A stretch of DNA of 64,000 nt from Alphaproteobacteria bacterium (GCA_965225945.1 CBDDBZ010000027.1:64001-128000); one strand, 5' to 3'; positions 1 to 8,174 are shown, numbered from the stretch's first letter. Notes: generated by a model not told the origin, from the sequence alone. Made by a program: numbers and translations.

Positions 1-433
1 CCGCCAGCACCACGTACTCGTGGCTCCAGTCGAACTGATAGGCCTCGCCCGGCGAGAACACCAACGGCACATAGGTCTGCGCCGTCGATGCCGAGCGGCG
101 CCACCGCCACGCCTTGGCGTAGCGCCGCACCGCGTCGTAGCCGCCGCCATAGCCCAGACCCTCGAGGGCTTCGGAGATCCGTAGCAGCGTCAGCCGCTCC
201 CGCTTCGACTTGGTCTCGTTGGCCTCCAGCATCCGCTCCAGCTCGGCCGTCCACGGCCCCAGCTTCGGCATCGGCTGGACCCGCCGGTCGTAGGTGAACG
301 CCGTCGCCTGCGAACGGATCACCTTGCGCACCGTGTTGCCCGAGACCTTCACGTCCCGCACGATCTCCTTGATCGGCTTCCCCTTGACGAAATACTCCCG
401 CCGGATCCGCGCTATCGTCTCCACGACCAACAT
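1..433 (-). CDS. istA: IS21-family transposase IstA, N-terminal part (runs off the left edge)
   Basis: Manual minus-strand translation from ATG 433: MLVVETIARIRREYFVKGKPIKEIVRDVKVSGNTVRKVIR...GYGGGYDAVRRY...FSPGEAYQFDW. This is the typical IstA HTH followed by the PGE-x-x-Q-F-D-W motif. Not in the ORF track. Confidence 0.9.
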   Translation of the reverse strand, partial: MLVVETIARIRREYFVKGKPIKEIVRDVKVSGNTVRKVIRSQATAFTYDRRVQPMPKLGPWTAELERMLEANETKSKRERLTLLRISEALEGLGYGGGYDAVRRYAKAWRWRRSASTAQTYVPLVFSPGEAYQFDWSHEYVVLA

Positions 434-548
434 CCCCCACCACCTCGTCCGCCCAAAAACGAGGTGACTTGGACTAGCCAGGCTCAGGGGGTCAAATTTG
501 GACGCCGATCACCCCTCAACAGGGGTCAACTTTGCACGCCGTTCCACA
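1..548 (-). mobile_element. IS21-family element, end containing the istA start
   Basis: Two related repeats GGGGTCAAATTTGGACGCCG (~488-508) and GGGGTCAACTTTGCACGCCG (~522-541), ending in ...TTCCACA at 548 (TGT terminus on the minus strand), as is typical of IS21 multi-repeat ends. Confidence 0.8.
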
Positions 549-652
549 GGGGGCAATCCGGCATCCGGATCAACAGGCAATGGAGACTATGTTTCGAATG
601 GCCAGACGACGCGCGGGGGCCCTCCCAGGTCGAGATAACGGATACCCATTGA
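549..652 (+). pseudogene. higB: HigB (RelE/ParE-type) toxin, C-terminal fragment cut by IS21
   Basis: GQSGIRINRQWRLCFEW...VEITDTH* resembles the HigB C-terminus (GQxSIRINxQWRxCFxW...VEIxDYH). It begins exactly at the IS21 end and lies directly upstream of higA. Confidence 0.8.
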
Positions 653-669
653 AGGAAAGGACGAAGACA

Positions 670-1002
670 ATGTTGAAACGTGCCGTCCATCCGGGCGAAA
701 TCTTGAAAGACGAGCTGGCCGAAATCGGGGTGTCACCCACGGAGCTGGCCCGACAAATCGGCGTGCCCGCGAACCGCATGAGCCAGATCATCAACGCCAA
801 GCGCTCGATCACGGGCGACACGGCGCTCAGACTGGCCCACTGGTTCGAGATCGATCCCGAGTTCTGGATGAACCTACAGGCTCGCTTCGATCTTGTCGCG
901 GCCGACAGAGCGGCGGGAGATGCGATCAAGTTATTGCCGACCTCTCGGGCCCGCCGGGAAGGCCTCGATGTCCCCGACGCGGTCCGGGCCGCGACCCTAT
1001 GA
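670..1002 (+). CDS. higA: HigA-family addiction module antitoxin (HTH_XRE)
   Basis: MLKRAVHPGEILKDEL...ELARQIGVPANRMSQIINAKRSITGDTALRLAHWF...PEFWMNLQ; purine-rich RBS upstream of ATG 670. Confidence 0.93.
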   Translation: MLKRAVHPGEILKDELAEIGVSPTELARQIGVPANRMSQIINAKRSITGDTALRLAHWFEIDPEFWMNLQARFDLVAADRAAGDAIKLLPTSRARREGLDVPDAVRAATL

Positions 1003-1030
1003 GCGAGATCACCCTTCCCCCTCGGGCCAG

Positions 1031-1086
1031 GAAAAGGGGTCAGAAAAGGGGTCATTCTGCTTTTTGGTCCGTTCCGCTGAATAAAG
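1031..1086. repeat. Hairpin repeat copy A, left part (interrupted by stacked IS insertions)
   Basis: GAAAAGGGGTCA-GAAAAGGGGTCATTCTGCTTTTTGGTCCGTTCCGCTGAATAAAG. Its missing right arm TACAATGACGCCTTTTT resumes at 5474-5490. Confidence 0.9.
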
Positions 1087-2669
1087 GTAACTGCCCAGGT
1101 ACATGGTGGCCTTTTAGGCGGCGTGGAGACGCTCGATCAGGGTTTCGGGATTTTCCATGAGCGCCTGGATGATGTTCCAGCCCTGTTTTCTGGCGGTCGA
1201 GATGAAGCCGCGGACGGTGGCAAAGTCTTCGGCGCCTTTCTGGCTACGGAAGCCGCCGGAGATTTTCTGCTTGACCTTCATCATGCGCCCGTCCTGCTCG
1301 GCCTGATTGTTGGTGAACGGCACGGCGAAATTGATGAGGAAGCGCAGCGCGTCTTCCTTGTGTGTCTGAAGGCGCCGGAGAAGGTTGTGCCCGGTGCGGC
1401 GCGGCTTGCTTCCCCGGCGCTTGGCCTTGCTCGATCTGGGCGCAAGAGGAGGTTGTGCCTCGTGAAAGGCGATGCCCTCGGCCGTGATCGCGTCGTAACA
1501 CCCTCGGAAGCGCTCGACGAGGCCTGGTTTCAGCGCCACGCCCCGCTCCCGGGCGAGATTTACCGCGTGGCAGGCGCGGCGCAATAGTCTCTGCATCTTG
1601 CGTGCCCAGCCCTCCTTCTCGATCTCGATCAGGGCTTGCAACTCGCGCAGGTGATGGGCGTTGCACAGCGCGTGCCGTACGCCCTCCATCGTAAAGTACG
1701 GCTTCCAGTGGTCATGGACGACGATGCCGCCGACTCCGCCGAGCAGGCTGCCGCGTCGCTCCGAGACCCGATAGAAGGTCAACCGCGCGGTCGAGGCGAC
1801 GTGCAACCATTGGGTCCGCCCGGCGATCCGCAAGCCGGTCTCGTCCATGTGCTTGACCGGCGCCGATTTCACCAGTTCGCGGATCACATCGACGACGCCT
1901 TGGACGGACTCGGCGCTGTTCCCGCCCCTCCGCGCGAGGCTCGCCGGAGACAGTTCCGCCCCGAACAGATCCTTCATCAATTCAGCCAGGCGGTCCTCGG
2001 GCAGGAGTTGGTAGTGCGACAGGTAGACCACCATGGCTCCGATCCGAGCGCCGTATTGAACCGGGCCGGTGATGGCGACGGGAAAAGAAGCCCGAGTGTA
2101 CGTGCCGCAATGCCCGCAACGGCAGCGATGCGCCCGATGCTCCGTGACCACCAGGGGCCGGGGCTCGGGTAGATCGAAAACCTGGCGGGCCCCATGGCCG
2201 GTAGCCATATCCGGCGTCAATCCCGAACCACACCACTGGCACGTCTCGGGATAATGGTCGACGGTGGCGTCGGGATCGGCGACTTGGCGCAGGGTCTCGC
2301 CCTTGTGGCCCTTTTGCCCGCCCGGCTTGCGGGCCGATTTCTTACGGAGGCTCCTGGTGCGCTTCTTTTTACCCGCCGGTGGCTTGTTCAATCCATCGCT
2401 CGACGGTGGCTTGCCGCTGTTCGTGCTGTTCAGGCCAAGCCGGCGCTCGAGTTCACCAAGCCGGAGTTCGAACTCGGCGAGCCGCGACCCTTGGGCCAGC
2501 ACCACATCGATCAGCTCGTCTTTCGACAAAAAGGCAAGAACATCCCTATCCATCGAATCCTTAGAATCCTGTCAAACGAAATCTAGGCCGTCAGCGCCCC
2601 AAACCCACAAAATCTGCCCCCAGAGACCCAATCCGCAGCCTCATCGAAATCAGCTACCTGGGCAGTTAC
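1087..2669 (-). mobile_element. IS66-family element, single-ORF (ISBst12-like) organisation
   Basis: Inverted ends GTAACTGCCCAGGTA / TACCTGGGCAGTTAC; 8-bp direct repeat GAATAAAG at 1079-1086 and 2670-2677. Confidence 0.93.
1114..2553 (-). CDS. IS66-family transposase (TnpC-like)
   Basis: NSTNSGKPPSSD, GGQKGHKG, CxxC zinc ribbons, HMDETG, LCNAHHLREL, PFTNNQAEQDGR motifs. Confidence 0.95.
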   Translation of the reverse strand: MDRDVLAFLSKDELIDVVLAQGSRLAEFELRLGELERRLGLNSTNSGKPPSSDGLNKPPAGKKKRTRSLRKKSARKPGGQKGHKGETLRQVADPDATVDHYPETCQWCGSGLTPDMATGHGARQVFDLPEPRPLVVTEHRAHRCRCGHCGTYTRASFPVAITGPVQYGARIGAMVVYLSHYQLLPEDRLAELMKDLFGAELSPASLARRGGNSAESVQGVVDVIRELVKSAPVKHMDETGLRIAGRTQWLHVASTARLTFYRVSERRGSLLGGVGGIVVHDHWKPYFTMEGVRHALCNAHHLRELQALIEIEKEGWARKMQRLLRRACHAVNLARERGVALKPGLVERFRGCYDAITAEGIAFHEAQPPLAPRSSKAKRRGSKPRRTGHNLLRRLQTHKEDALRFLINFAVPFTNNQAEQDGRMMKVKQKISGGFRSQKGAEDFATVRGFISTARKQGWNIIQALMENPETLIERLHAA

Positions 2670-2677
2670 GAATAAAG

Positions 2678-2921
2678 GTAGGCTCAATTCGTGAATTGTA
2701 TGCGTCACCTTGTTACGACGGCGGCGAGGCAGGCTCGGTCATTGGCGCCGGGGGCGAGGCCGACGAGGTGGAACCAGCTCAGGTAGTTGTCCATAGCGGG
2801 TGGCGATGCCGCGGCGGGGACGCAGGAACCCAACCGGCTGTGGCGGCTGTTCACCGTCTGCACATGCAGATCGCCCCGAACCCGAAAGTGCTTCGTGGCT
2901 CACCCCGAGCGCGGCGGCGCA
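2678..2921 (-). pseudogene. Degenerate IS1595-family transposase C-terminus and element end
   Basis: Minus strand reads, across frameshifts, ALGVSHEAL...RVRGDLHVQTVNSRHSRL...FLRPRRGIATRY/DNYLSWFHL, resembling the IS1595 HxQTVN...GIATxYLxNYL motif. Confidence 0.65.
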
Positions 2922-3008
2922 CTAGGCCGTCAGCGCCCCAAACCCACAAAATCTGCCCCCAGAGACCCAATCCGCAGCCTCATCGAAATCAGCTACCTGG
3001 GCAGTTAC
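2922..3008. repeat. 87-bp exact duplicate of the IS66 end (copy of 2583-2669)
   Basis: CTAGGCCGTCAGCGCCCC...CAGCTACCTGGGCAGTTAC occurs at both positions. Confidence 0.92.
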
Positions 3009-3183
3009 GACGTCGCGCCGAGGCCTTCATAAAGGTAACTACCCAGGTACCCCGCTCCTGACCGCGAGAGGATGATGTAGGTGGTCGCCGGGGCCGGGTT
3101 TCCGCCGCCGCGTCGTTGATCGTCTCTTGACTCCATAGAATCGGGCGTCTATGGGTTGCGCTCTCGTGTGACGGGAGCGGCGC

Positions 3184-3849
3184 GTGGAATATTTTGGGTC
3201 GAAGGCGACGAGCGGTCTGTGCCAGGCGCTGATTGCGCTGATGCCGCCGCACAGCGTTTACATCGAGAGCCACCTGGGGGGCGGTGCGCTGATGAAGCGC
3301 AAGCCAACGGGCGTGCGCTCGATCGGCATCGACCGCGATGCGCAGGCGCTCGAGGCCTTTGCCTGTGACTACCCGGTCGAGTTGGTGCATGGCTGTGCCC
3401 ATGCCTTTTTGGCCTCGTTCCCGTTTCTGGGCCCGGAGCTGGTCTACAGCGATCCCCCCTATCTGCACGCGACCCGCCGTTCGGCACGGCGCTATCGCTT
3501 CGACTACGAGGAGGTCGACCATGTCGCGCTCCTGGACCTGCTCAAGGATCTGCCCTGCCAGGTGATGGTCTCGGGCCATCCCTCGGCGCTCTATGACGAG
3601 ATGCTGGCGGGCTGGCGCAGTCTGGCGCTGCAGGTGACGACCCAGGCCCAGGTGCGGACCGAGGTCGTGTGGTTCAACTTCGCGCCCGACCGGGTGCATT
3701 GGGCGAGCTACGCAGGCCGGAACTTCACCGACCGCCAGCGCATCAAGCGTAAGGCGGCCAACTGGGGCCGGCGTTACAAGGCCTTGCCGGCGGGCGAACG
3801 CCTCGCGGTGCTGGCCGCCATGATGGCCGTCGATGCCGAGGACCCGTGA
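3184..3849 (+). CDS. DNA amino-methyltransferase, probably N6-adenine (Dam/D12-like, phage type)
   Basis: YFGSK (motif X), YIESHLGGG (motif I-like SAM binding), IGIDRD, VYSDPPY (motif IV), VMVSG. GTG start with GGAG RBS. Confidence 0.88.
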   Translation: MEYFGSKATSGLCQALIALMPPHSVYIESHLGGGALMKRKPTGVRSIGIDRDAQALEAFACDYPVELVHGCAHAFLASFPFLGPELVYSDPPYLHATRRSARRYRFDYEEVDHVALLDLLKDLPCQVMVSGHPSALYDEMLAGWRSLALQVTTQAQVRTEVVWFNFAPDRVHWASYAGRNFTDRQRIKRKAANWGRRYKALPAGERLAVLAAMMAVDAEDP

Positions 3850-5384
3850 CGCTGTCGCGCTGGCACGAGGACCTCGCCGCCCATGACGAGGCCTTCGCGT
3901 GCCTGCAAGATCTTCTTGACCCCTCATCCTTCGCAATCACAGTCGTCAAGGCCTTCCGGGAATGGGGCCAGGGGCTGTTGCGCCTGGCCACGGCGCTCGT
4001 CCGGGAGAATGCCGCGCTCGAGCGGGAGAACGCGACCCTGCGGGACCGCATCGCCGAGCTCGAGCGGAGCGCGGCGCTTGACAGCACCACCAGCAGCAAG
4101 CCGCCCGCCAGCGACGGCCTGCGCAAGAAGAGCGGAACCCAGAGGCGCACCCGAAGCCAGCGCGGCAAGTCCGGCAGGCCAAGCGGCGGCCAGCCGGGCC
4201 ACAAGGGAACGACGCTGGCGCGGACCGAGAGCCCGGACCATGTTGTGGATCATGACCCCTCCGCCTGTTCGGGCTGCGGCGCACCGCTGTCGGACGCCGA
4301 CCGTCACCGCGCGCCCGTCTGTCGACAGGTCTTCGATGTGCCCGAGCCACGCCCCCTGGAGGTCACCGAACACCGCGCCCATCGCTGCCTCTGCGGCGCC
4401 TGCGCCACCGTGACAGGAGCCGTCTTCCCGGACGGCGTGACCGCCCCGGTCCAGTACGGGCCACGCATCACCGCCTGGGTGAGCTACCTGCTGTACGCCC
4501 AGTTCGTTCCCGAGAAGCGCTTGGCCGAACTCATGAGCGACCTCTTCGCAGTGTCCATCTCCACAGCCACGATCACCGCCATGGGCCGGCGAATCGCCAG
4601 GCGCTTCGAGCCCTTCCTCGCCCATGTCGCAGACGTGATCCGCACAGCGGTCCCGGTCAAGCACCTCGACGAAACCGGCCTGCGGATCGCCGCCCGTACC
4701 CGCTGGCTCCACGTGCTGTGCACCCCATTCCTGACCGTCCTGCGCATCGGCGCGGGACGCGGCGATGTCGAAAAGGACCTCGAAGGCATCCTCATCCATG
4801 ACGATTACGCCGCCTACTTCACCCTCAAGGGCGTGCGCCACGGCGCCTGCAACGCCCATCACCTGCGCGAACTCCAGGCCCTGATCGACATCGAGAAGGA
4901 AGACTGGGCAAAGAGCATGCACCGCCTCCTTGAGCGCGCACACAGGGCTACCCGCTTCTCCCGTGAGAACGGCCGCGACGTGCCCGCCTCCCTGGTGGCC
5001 CGGATCTCGCGGGCCTGGGCCCGCATCCTCGACCACGCCATCGCCTTCCACGAGGCGCAGCCGCCGCTCCGGACCGGCAAGCGCGGACGAAAGAAACGCC
5101 GCATCGGTCATAACCTCGCGCTCCGCCTCCGCAAGCACAAGGAGGGATGCCTGCGATTCCTCACCGACCCGCGCACGCCGTTTACGAACAATGAGGCCGA
5201 ACGTGACCTCCGAATGGCCAAGCTGCGCCAGAAGATCTCCGGTGGCTTCCGCTCCGAGAGGGGTGCCTACAACTTCGCCAGAATGCGTGCCGTCATCGCC
5301 ACCGCCCGAAAGCAAGGCTGGAACGTCCTCCAGACCCTGGTGCATCCCGATCCGATGCAACTAATCCCCCAACTGCGCCTCTGA
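3846..5384 (+). CDS. IS66-family transposase (TnpC-like)
   Basis: DSTTSSKPPASD, GGQPGHKG, CSGC/CLCGAC, HLDETG, ACNAHHLREL, PFTNNEAERDLR. The start overlaps the MTase stop (GTGA); exact start uncertain. Confidence 0.93.
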   Translation: MTLSRWHEDLAAHDEAFACLQDLLDPSSFAITVVKAFREWGQGLLRLATALVRENAALERENATLRDRIAELERSAALDSTTSSKPPASDGLRKKSGTQRRTRSQRGKSGRPSGGQPGHKGTTLARTESPDHVVDHDPSACSGCGAPLSDADRHRAPVCRQVFDVPEPRPLEVTEHRAHRCLCGACATVTGAVFPDGVTAPVQYGPRITAWVSYLLYAQFVPEKRLAELMSDLFAVSISTATITAMGRRIARRFEPFLAHVADVIRTAVPVKHLDETGLRIAARTRWLHVLCTPFLTVLRIGAGRGDVEKDLEGILIHDDYAAYFTLKGVRHGACNAHHLRELQALIDIEKEDWAKSMHRLLERAHRATRFSRENGRDVPASLVARISRAWARILDHAIAFHEAQPPLRTGKRGRKKRRIGHNLALRLRKHKEGCLRFLTDPRTPFTNNEAERDLRMAKLRQKISGGFRSERGAYNFARMRAVIATARKQGWNVLQTLVHPDPMQLIPQLRL

Positions 5385-5473
5385 GAACACCGGCACCGCT
5401 ACCAGCCCGGACCCCCACGATCCCTCACATACAAACGCTCGGGCCAATCAGACCTGGGTAGTTACGAATAAAG

Positions 5474-5490
5474 TACAATGACGCCTTTTT
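5474..5490. repeat. Hairpin repeat copy A, right arm
   Basis: TACAATGACGCCTTTTT follows the GAATAAAG duplication and completes the repeat seen intact at 6473 and 8057. Confidence 0.85.
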
Positions 5491-5505
5491 CTATTCTTCG
5501 GAGAC

Positions 5506-6275
5506 TTGGCCATGACGGCCCCATTCTATAGCCCCAACCGTCGAGTCGCACGCGCAAAGAAAGACTTGGCCAAACTCGACAGGCGTATAAGGAATTTCTT
5601 CAAGAAACAGCCATACTCCCGTGTCGTTGAGCCTGACCCTGAGAGCGCTCACCAACTCCACAAGATCAAGTTGACCAAGCCCCTGCCCGAAGGGTTCACA
5701 GACCTCACCAATGACATCATCGAAGGCCTTAGATCGGCACTCGACCAAGCCACCTACTCGGTGGCTGTCGCGTGCAGTGCGACCCAACTTGACCGCGTCC
5801 ATTTTTCCATCTTCGACACTTCCGCTGATTTTGAGAACGCTCTCAGCGGAAATTGCAAAGATCTCCCTGCGGACATCCTCGCGCTCCTTCGCGCGTTCCA
5901 ACCGTACAAGAGTGGGAACGACATAATTTAGGCACTCAACCGGATTCGCCGACAGAGCTTCCATCGGCTGCTGGTGCCCGTTGGCAAAGGCTCCGGCCAT
6001 GTGGACATACACCGTATGACAATAAGCGCTACCGGCGAAGAGCAAATTCCTGCTCTCCAGTGGGACGGCGAAAAAATGAGATCATATTTCTTCGCGCCAA
6101 CACCGATACGAAAGTTGACTACAATATCCAATTCACCTTCACCATAGCATTTGGCGAAGTCGAAGGAGTTTCGGGCGAACCAATCTTGGGATTTCTCAAC
6201 GCTGCGTCTAGCGAAGTCGAGCGCATCGTCTTGGCTATCGAAGCGGAGGCGCACCGTATCGGTTTGATCCGCTAA
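5506..6275 (+). pseudogene. Hypothetical protein (AT-richer than host), broken by an in-frame TAG and a frameshift
   Basis: ORF 5506-5931 continues in frame after TAG (...GNDII*ALNRIRRQSFHRLLVPV...), then shifts at the A-run near 6070-6078 into KNEIIFLR...EAEAHRIGLIR*. Confidence 0.65.
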
Positions 6276-6472
6276 ATCCTGAACGCCAATCTGTCGGGCC
6301 ACTTATATCACACTGCTTTGTCAAGGTGAACATCGCCGAAATTCGGTCCCCCGAAATCCTGGGTTTAGAATCGAAATCTCAGACCCGCACTCAAACATTC
6401 TGATCGTATTTGAAGACGGCAAAGTTTGAATCGGCGTCGACATAGTCGTAACGCACGAACAGGGGAAAAGGG

Positions 6473-6559
6473 AAAAGGGGTCATTCTGCTTTTTGGCCCG
6501 TTCCGCCGAATAAAGTACAATGACCCCTTTTAGTTAGGTAAAGTACAATGACCCCTTTT
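6473..6559. repeat. Hairpin repeat copy B plus a partial duplicate of its right arm
   Basis: AAAAGGGGTCATTCTGCTTTTTGGCCCGTTCCGCCGAATAAAGTACAATGACCCCTTTT (6473-6531), then TAAAGTACAATGACCCCTTTT (6539-6559). Confidence 0.93.
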
Positions 6560-6579
6560 AGGCAGTTGAGCAAGGTTGA

Positions 6580-6868
6580 GGGGTCAGGTCTTGCATCTTG
6601 CATTGGCCTGTCGTGGCTGGCGCGGCGTTCCGCGGCGGCCTCCGCGAGGTGGCGCCGAGTTCGGAAGTGCCGCTGACGGGCGCCGCGCCCGATACTCTCG
6701 ACGCCGCGCGCGAGCGCGATCGCGCGGAATGGTTGGCGCGGGCCTATCGCGACCAAGGCTGCACCATGCGCTGGATTGCCGACGCGGCGGGCCTGGACTA
6801 TTCCTCCGGCAACAGGATCATCAAGGCATGGGAAGCACGAGCCAATGCAAGATGCAAGATTTGATCCC
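6580..6868. mobile_element. Miniature element with 28-bp inverted repeats enclosing an HTH fragment (possible RAYT/TnpA-REP remnant)
   Basis: GGGGTCAGGTCTTGCATCTTGCATTGGC (6580-6607) versus GCCAATGCAAGATGCAAGATTTGATCCC (6841-6868). The inner frame RAYRDQGCTMRWIADAAGLDYSSGNRIIK...CKI* is HTH-like and stops within the right repeat. Confidence 0.65.
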
Positions 6869-6974
6869 AGGCCCGCATTTTGACTCCGCCGTTGACAGTG
6901 GTGTTGGAATCGCAGCGGGTGGACATCCTGCTGGTCTATCCGCTGTAGCCCCCGCACCACGAGGAAGCCTCGCC

Positions 6975-7433
6975 ATGCCCGAGCTGAAATCCGTGTTCCT
7001 GCTGTCGATCAAGGTCGGCGTCGACCGGTTGCACGACATCGGCCAGGTGCCGCTGGGCGGGCGGCACATCGACATGCTGGGCGCCGGCAGCTTCGAGGGC
7101 CCCCGGCTCAGGGGCACGGTGCTGGCCGGCGGCATGGACCAGAAGACCTTCCGCGCCGACGGTGCGATGACCCCGAACGTTCGGATCATCCTCGAGACCG
7201 ACGACGGCGCGCTGATCTACGTCCACTACACCGGCATCCGTTATGGCACGCCTGAGGTGATGGCGCGGATCGCCGCCGGCGAGGTGGTCGATGCGTCCGA
7301 ATACTATCTCCGCAACACGCCCTATTTCGAGACCGCATCGGCGACCTACGACTGGCTGAACCGCATCGTCGCGGTCGGCGTCGGCCGCCGCATGCCCGAT
7401 CACGCGATCTACGACGTCTTCCAAATCCTCTAG
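6975..7433 (+). CDS. DUF3237-family protein
   Basis: GSFEGPRLRGTVLAGGMD...ETDDGALIYV...YYLRNTPYFETA...YDWLNRIVAVGVG; GAGG RBS before ATG 6975. Confidence 0.88.
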   Translation: MPELKSVFLLSIKVGVDRLHDIGQVPLGGRHIDMLGAGSFEGPRLRGTVLAGGMDQKTFRADGAMTPNVRIILETDDGALIYVHYTGIRYGTPEVMARIAAGEVVDASEYYLRNTPYFETASATYDWLNRIVAVGVGRRMPDHAIYDVFQIL

Positions 7434-7696
7434 CGCCCGGCGGGCCAGCGCGCCTCCGCGCTATCGCATGTCCAGTTCGATCGCATCGACGCAGCAAAGC
7501 CGGCGCCCATTGCCACCTCGCAGAGGACCGCCTTCGAGCTGCTGAAGTGCAGACCGACGACGTCGAACTCGTGCTGGTCCGTCGGCAGCCGCACGTTGTA
7601 GTCGACGACGTCACAGGCCAGCACCTCCTTCAGGTACGCGCCCGCGACCAGCTCGCCCAGTTCCAATGCCATCGCTTCCATTTCCCGTGAAATCAT
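7430..7696 (-). pseudogene. Truncated PD-(D/E)XK nuclease-like protein
   Basis: GELVAGAYLK...VDYNVR...EFDVVGL...VLCEV has an E...D...CEV restriction-endonuclease-like pattern and then degenerates. Confidence 0.45.
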
Positions 7697-7736
7697 CCGT
7701 CGACGATCCTAGCAGCGCCAAGTACGGTGACGCACC

Positions 7737-7937
7737 ATGATGGACTATCACGCTTTCTGGCAGGCCCTGGTCGTCACCTTTGGCATCGTTCCGCTAGTCG
7801 TCGGTGCCGGCCTCGGCGCCATCTGGGGCTGGCACGACGGGCGGCGGGGAACCGGGCTGATCCTCCCGACGGCCATCGGCGGCGCGGCGCTCGGTCTTGG
7901 CGTCTTTGCCGGTGCGATCCTGTTCCTGCGGGCGTAG
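7737..7937 (+). CDS. Small two-TM membrane protein
   Basis: 66 aa with two long hydrophobic Gly-rich segments. Confidence 0.6.
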   Translation: MMDYHAFWQALVVTFGIVPLVVGAGLGAIWGWHDGRRGTGLILPTAIGGAALGLGVFAGAILFLRA

Positions 7938-8056
7938 AATTTCGCCGGTCAGCCTTGTCGCGGTACCGGCCGCGCCTGGTACGTCGGCTATCGGGGGTAG
8001 ACTCCCCGTCAGCCTGAGCGCCCGGTCACGCCCGAGGCTAGCCAGTCGGGAAAAGG

Positions 8057-8116
8057 AAAAGGGGTCATTCTGCTTTTTGGTCTGTTCCGCCGAATAAAGT
8101 ACAATGACCCCTTTTT
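8057..8116. repeat. Hairpin repeat copy C
   Basis: AAAAGGGGTCATTCTGCTTTTTGGTCTGTTCCGCCGAATAAAGTACAATGACCCCTTTTT, preceded by GGGAAAAGG. Confidence 0.93.
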
Positions 8117-8174
8117 AAGGAAGTCCGCTCGCTGCTCGGCTGAGGCGGCCGATCGGGCCATGGGCCGGACGACC

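Larger units (their letters stand above)
3035..5465 (+). mobile_element. IS66-family element carrying a passenger DNA methyltransferase
   Basis: Inverted ends GTAACTACCCAGGT / ACCTGGGTAGTTAC; flanked by ATAAAG (3029-3034) and GAATAAAG (5466-5473); contains the MTase and transposase ORFs. Confidence 0.9.

Noticed and set aside
487-548. GGGGTCA in the IS21 end as part of the hairpin-repeat family
   Set aside because: Explained by ordinary IS21 terminal repeats; similarity is limited to 7 bp.
1031-8116. CRISPR array or integron attC sites
   Set aside because: Spacing is kilobase-scale and irregular, no cas or intI gene is present, and the attC core ends are missing.
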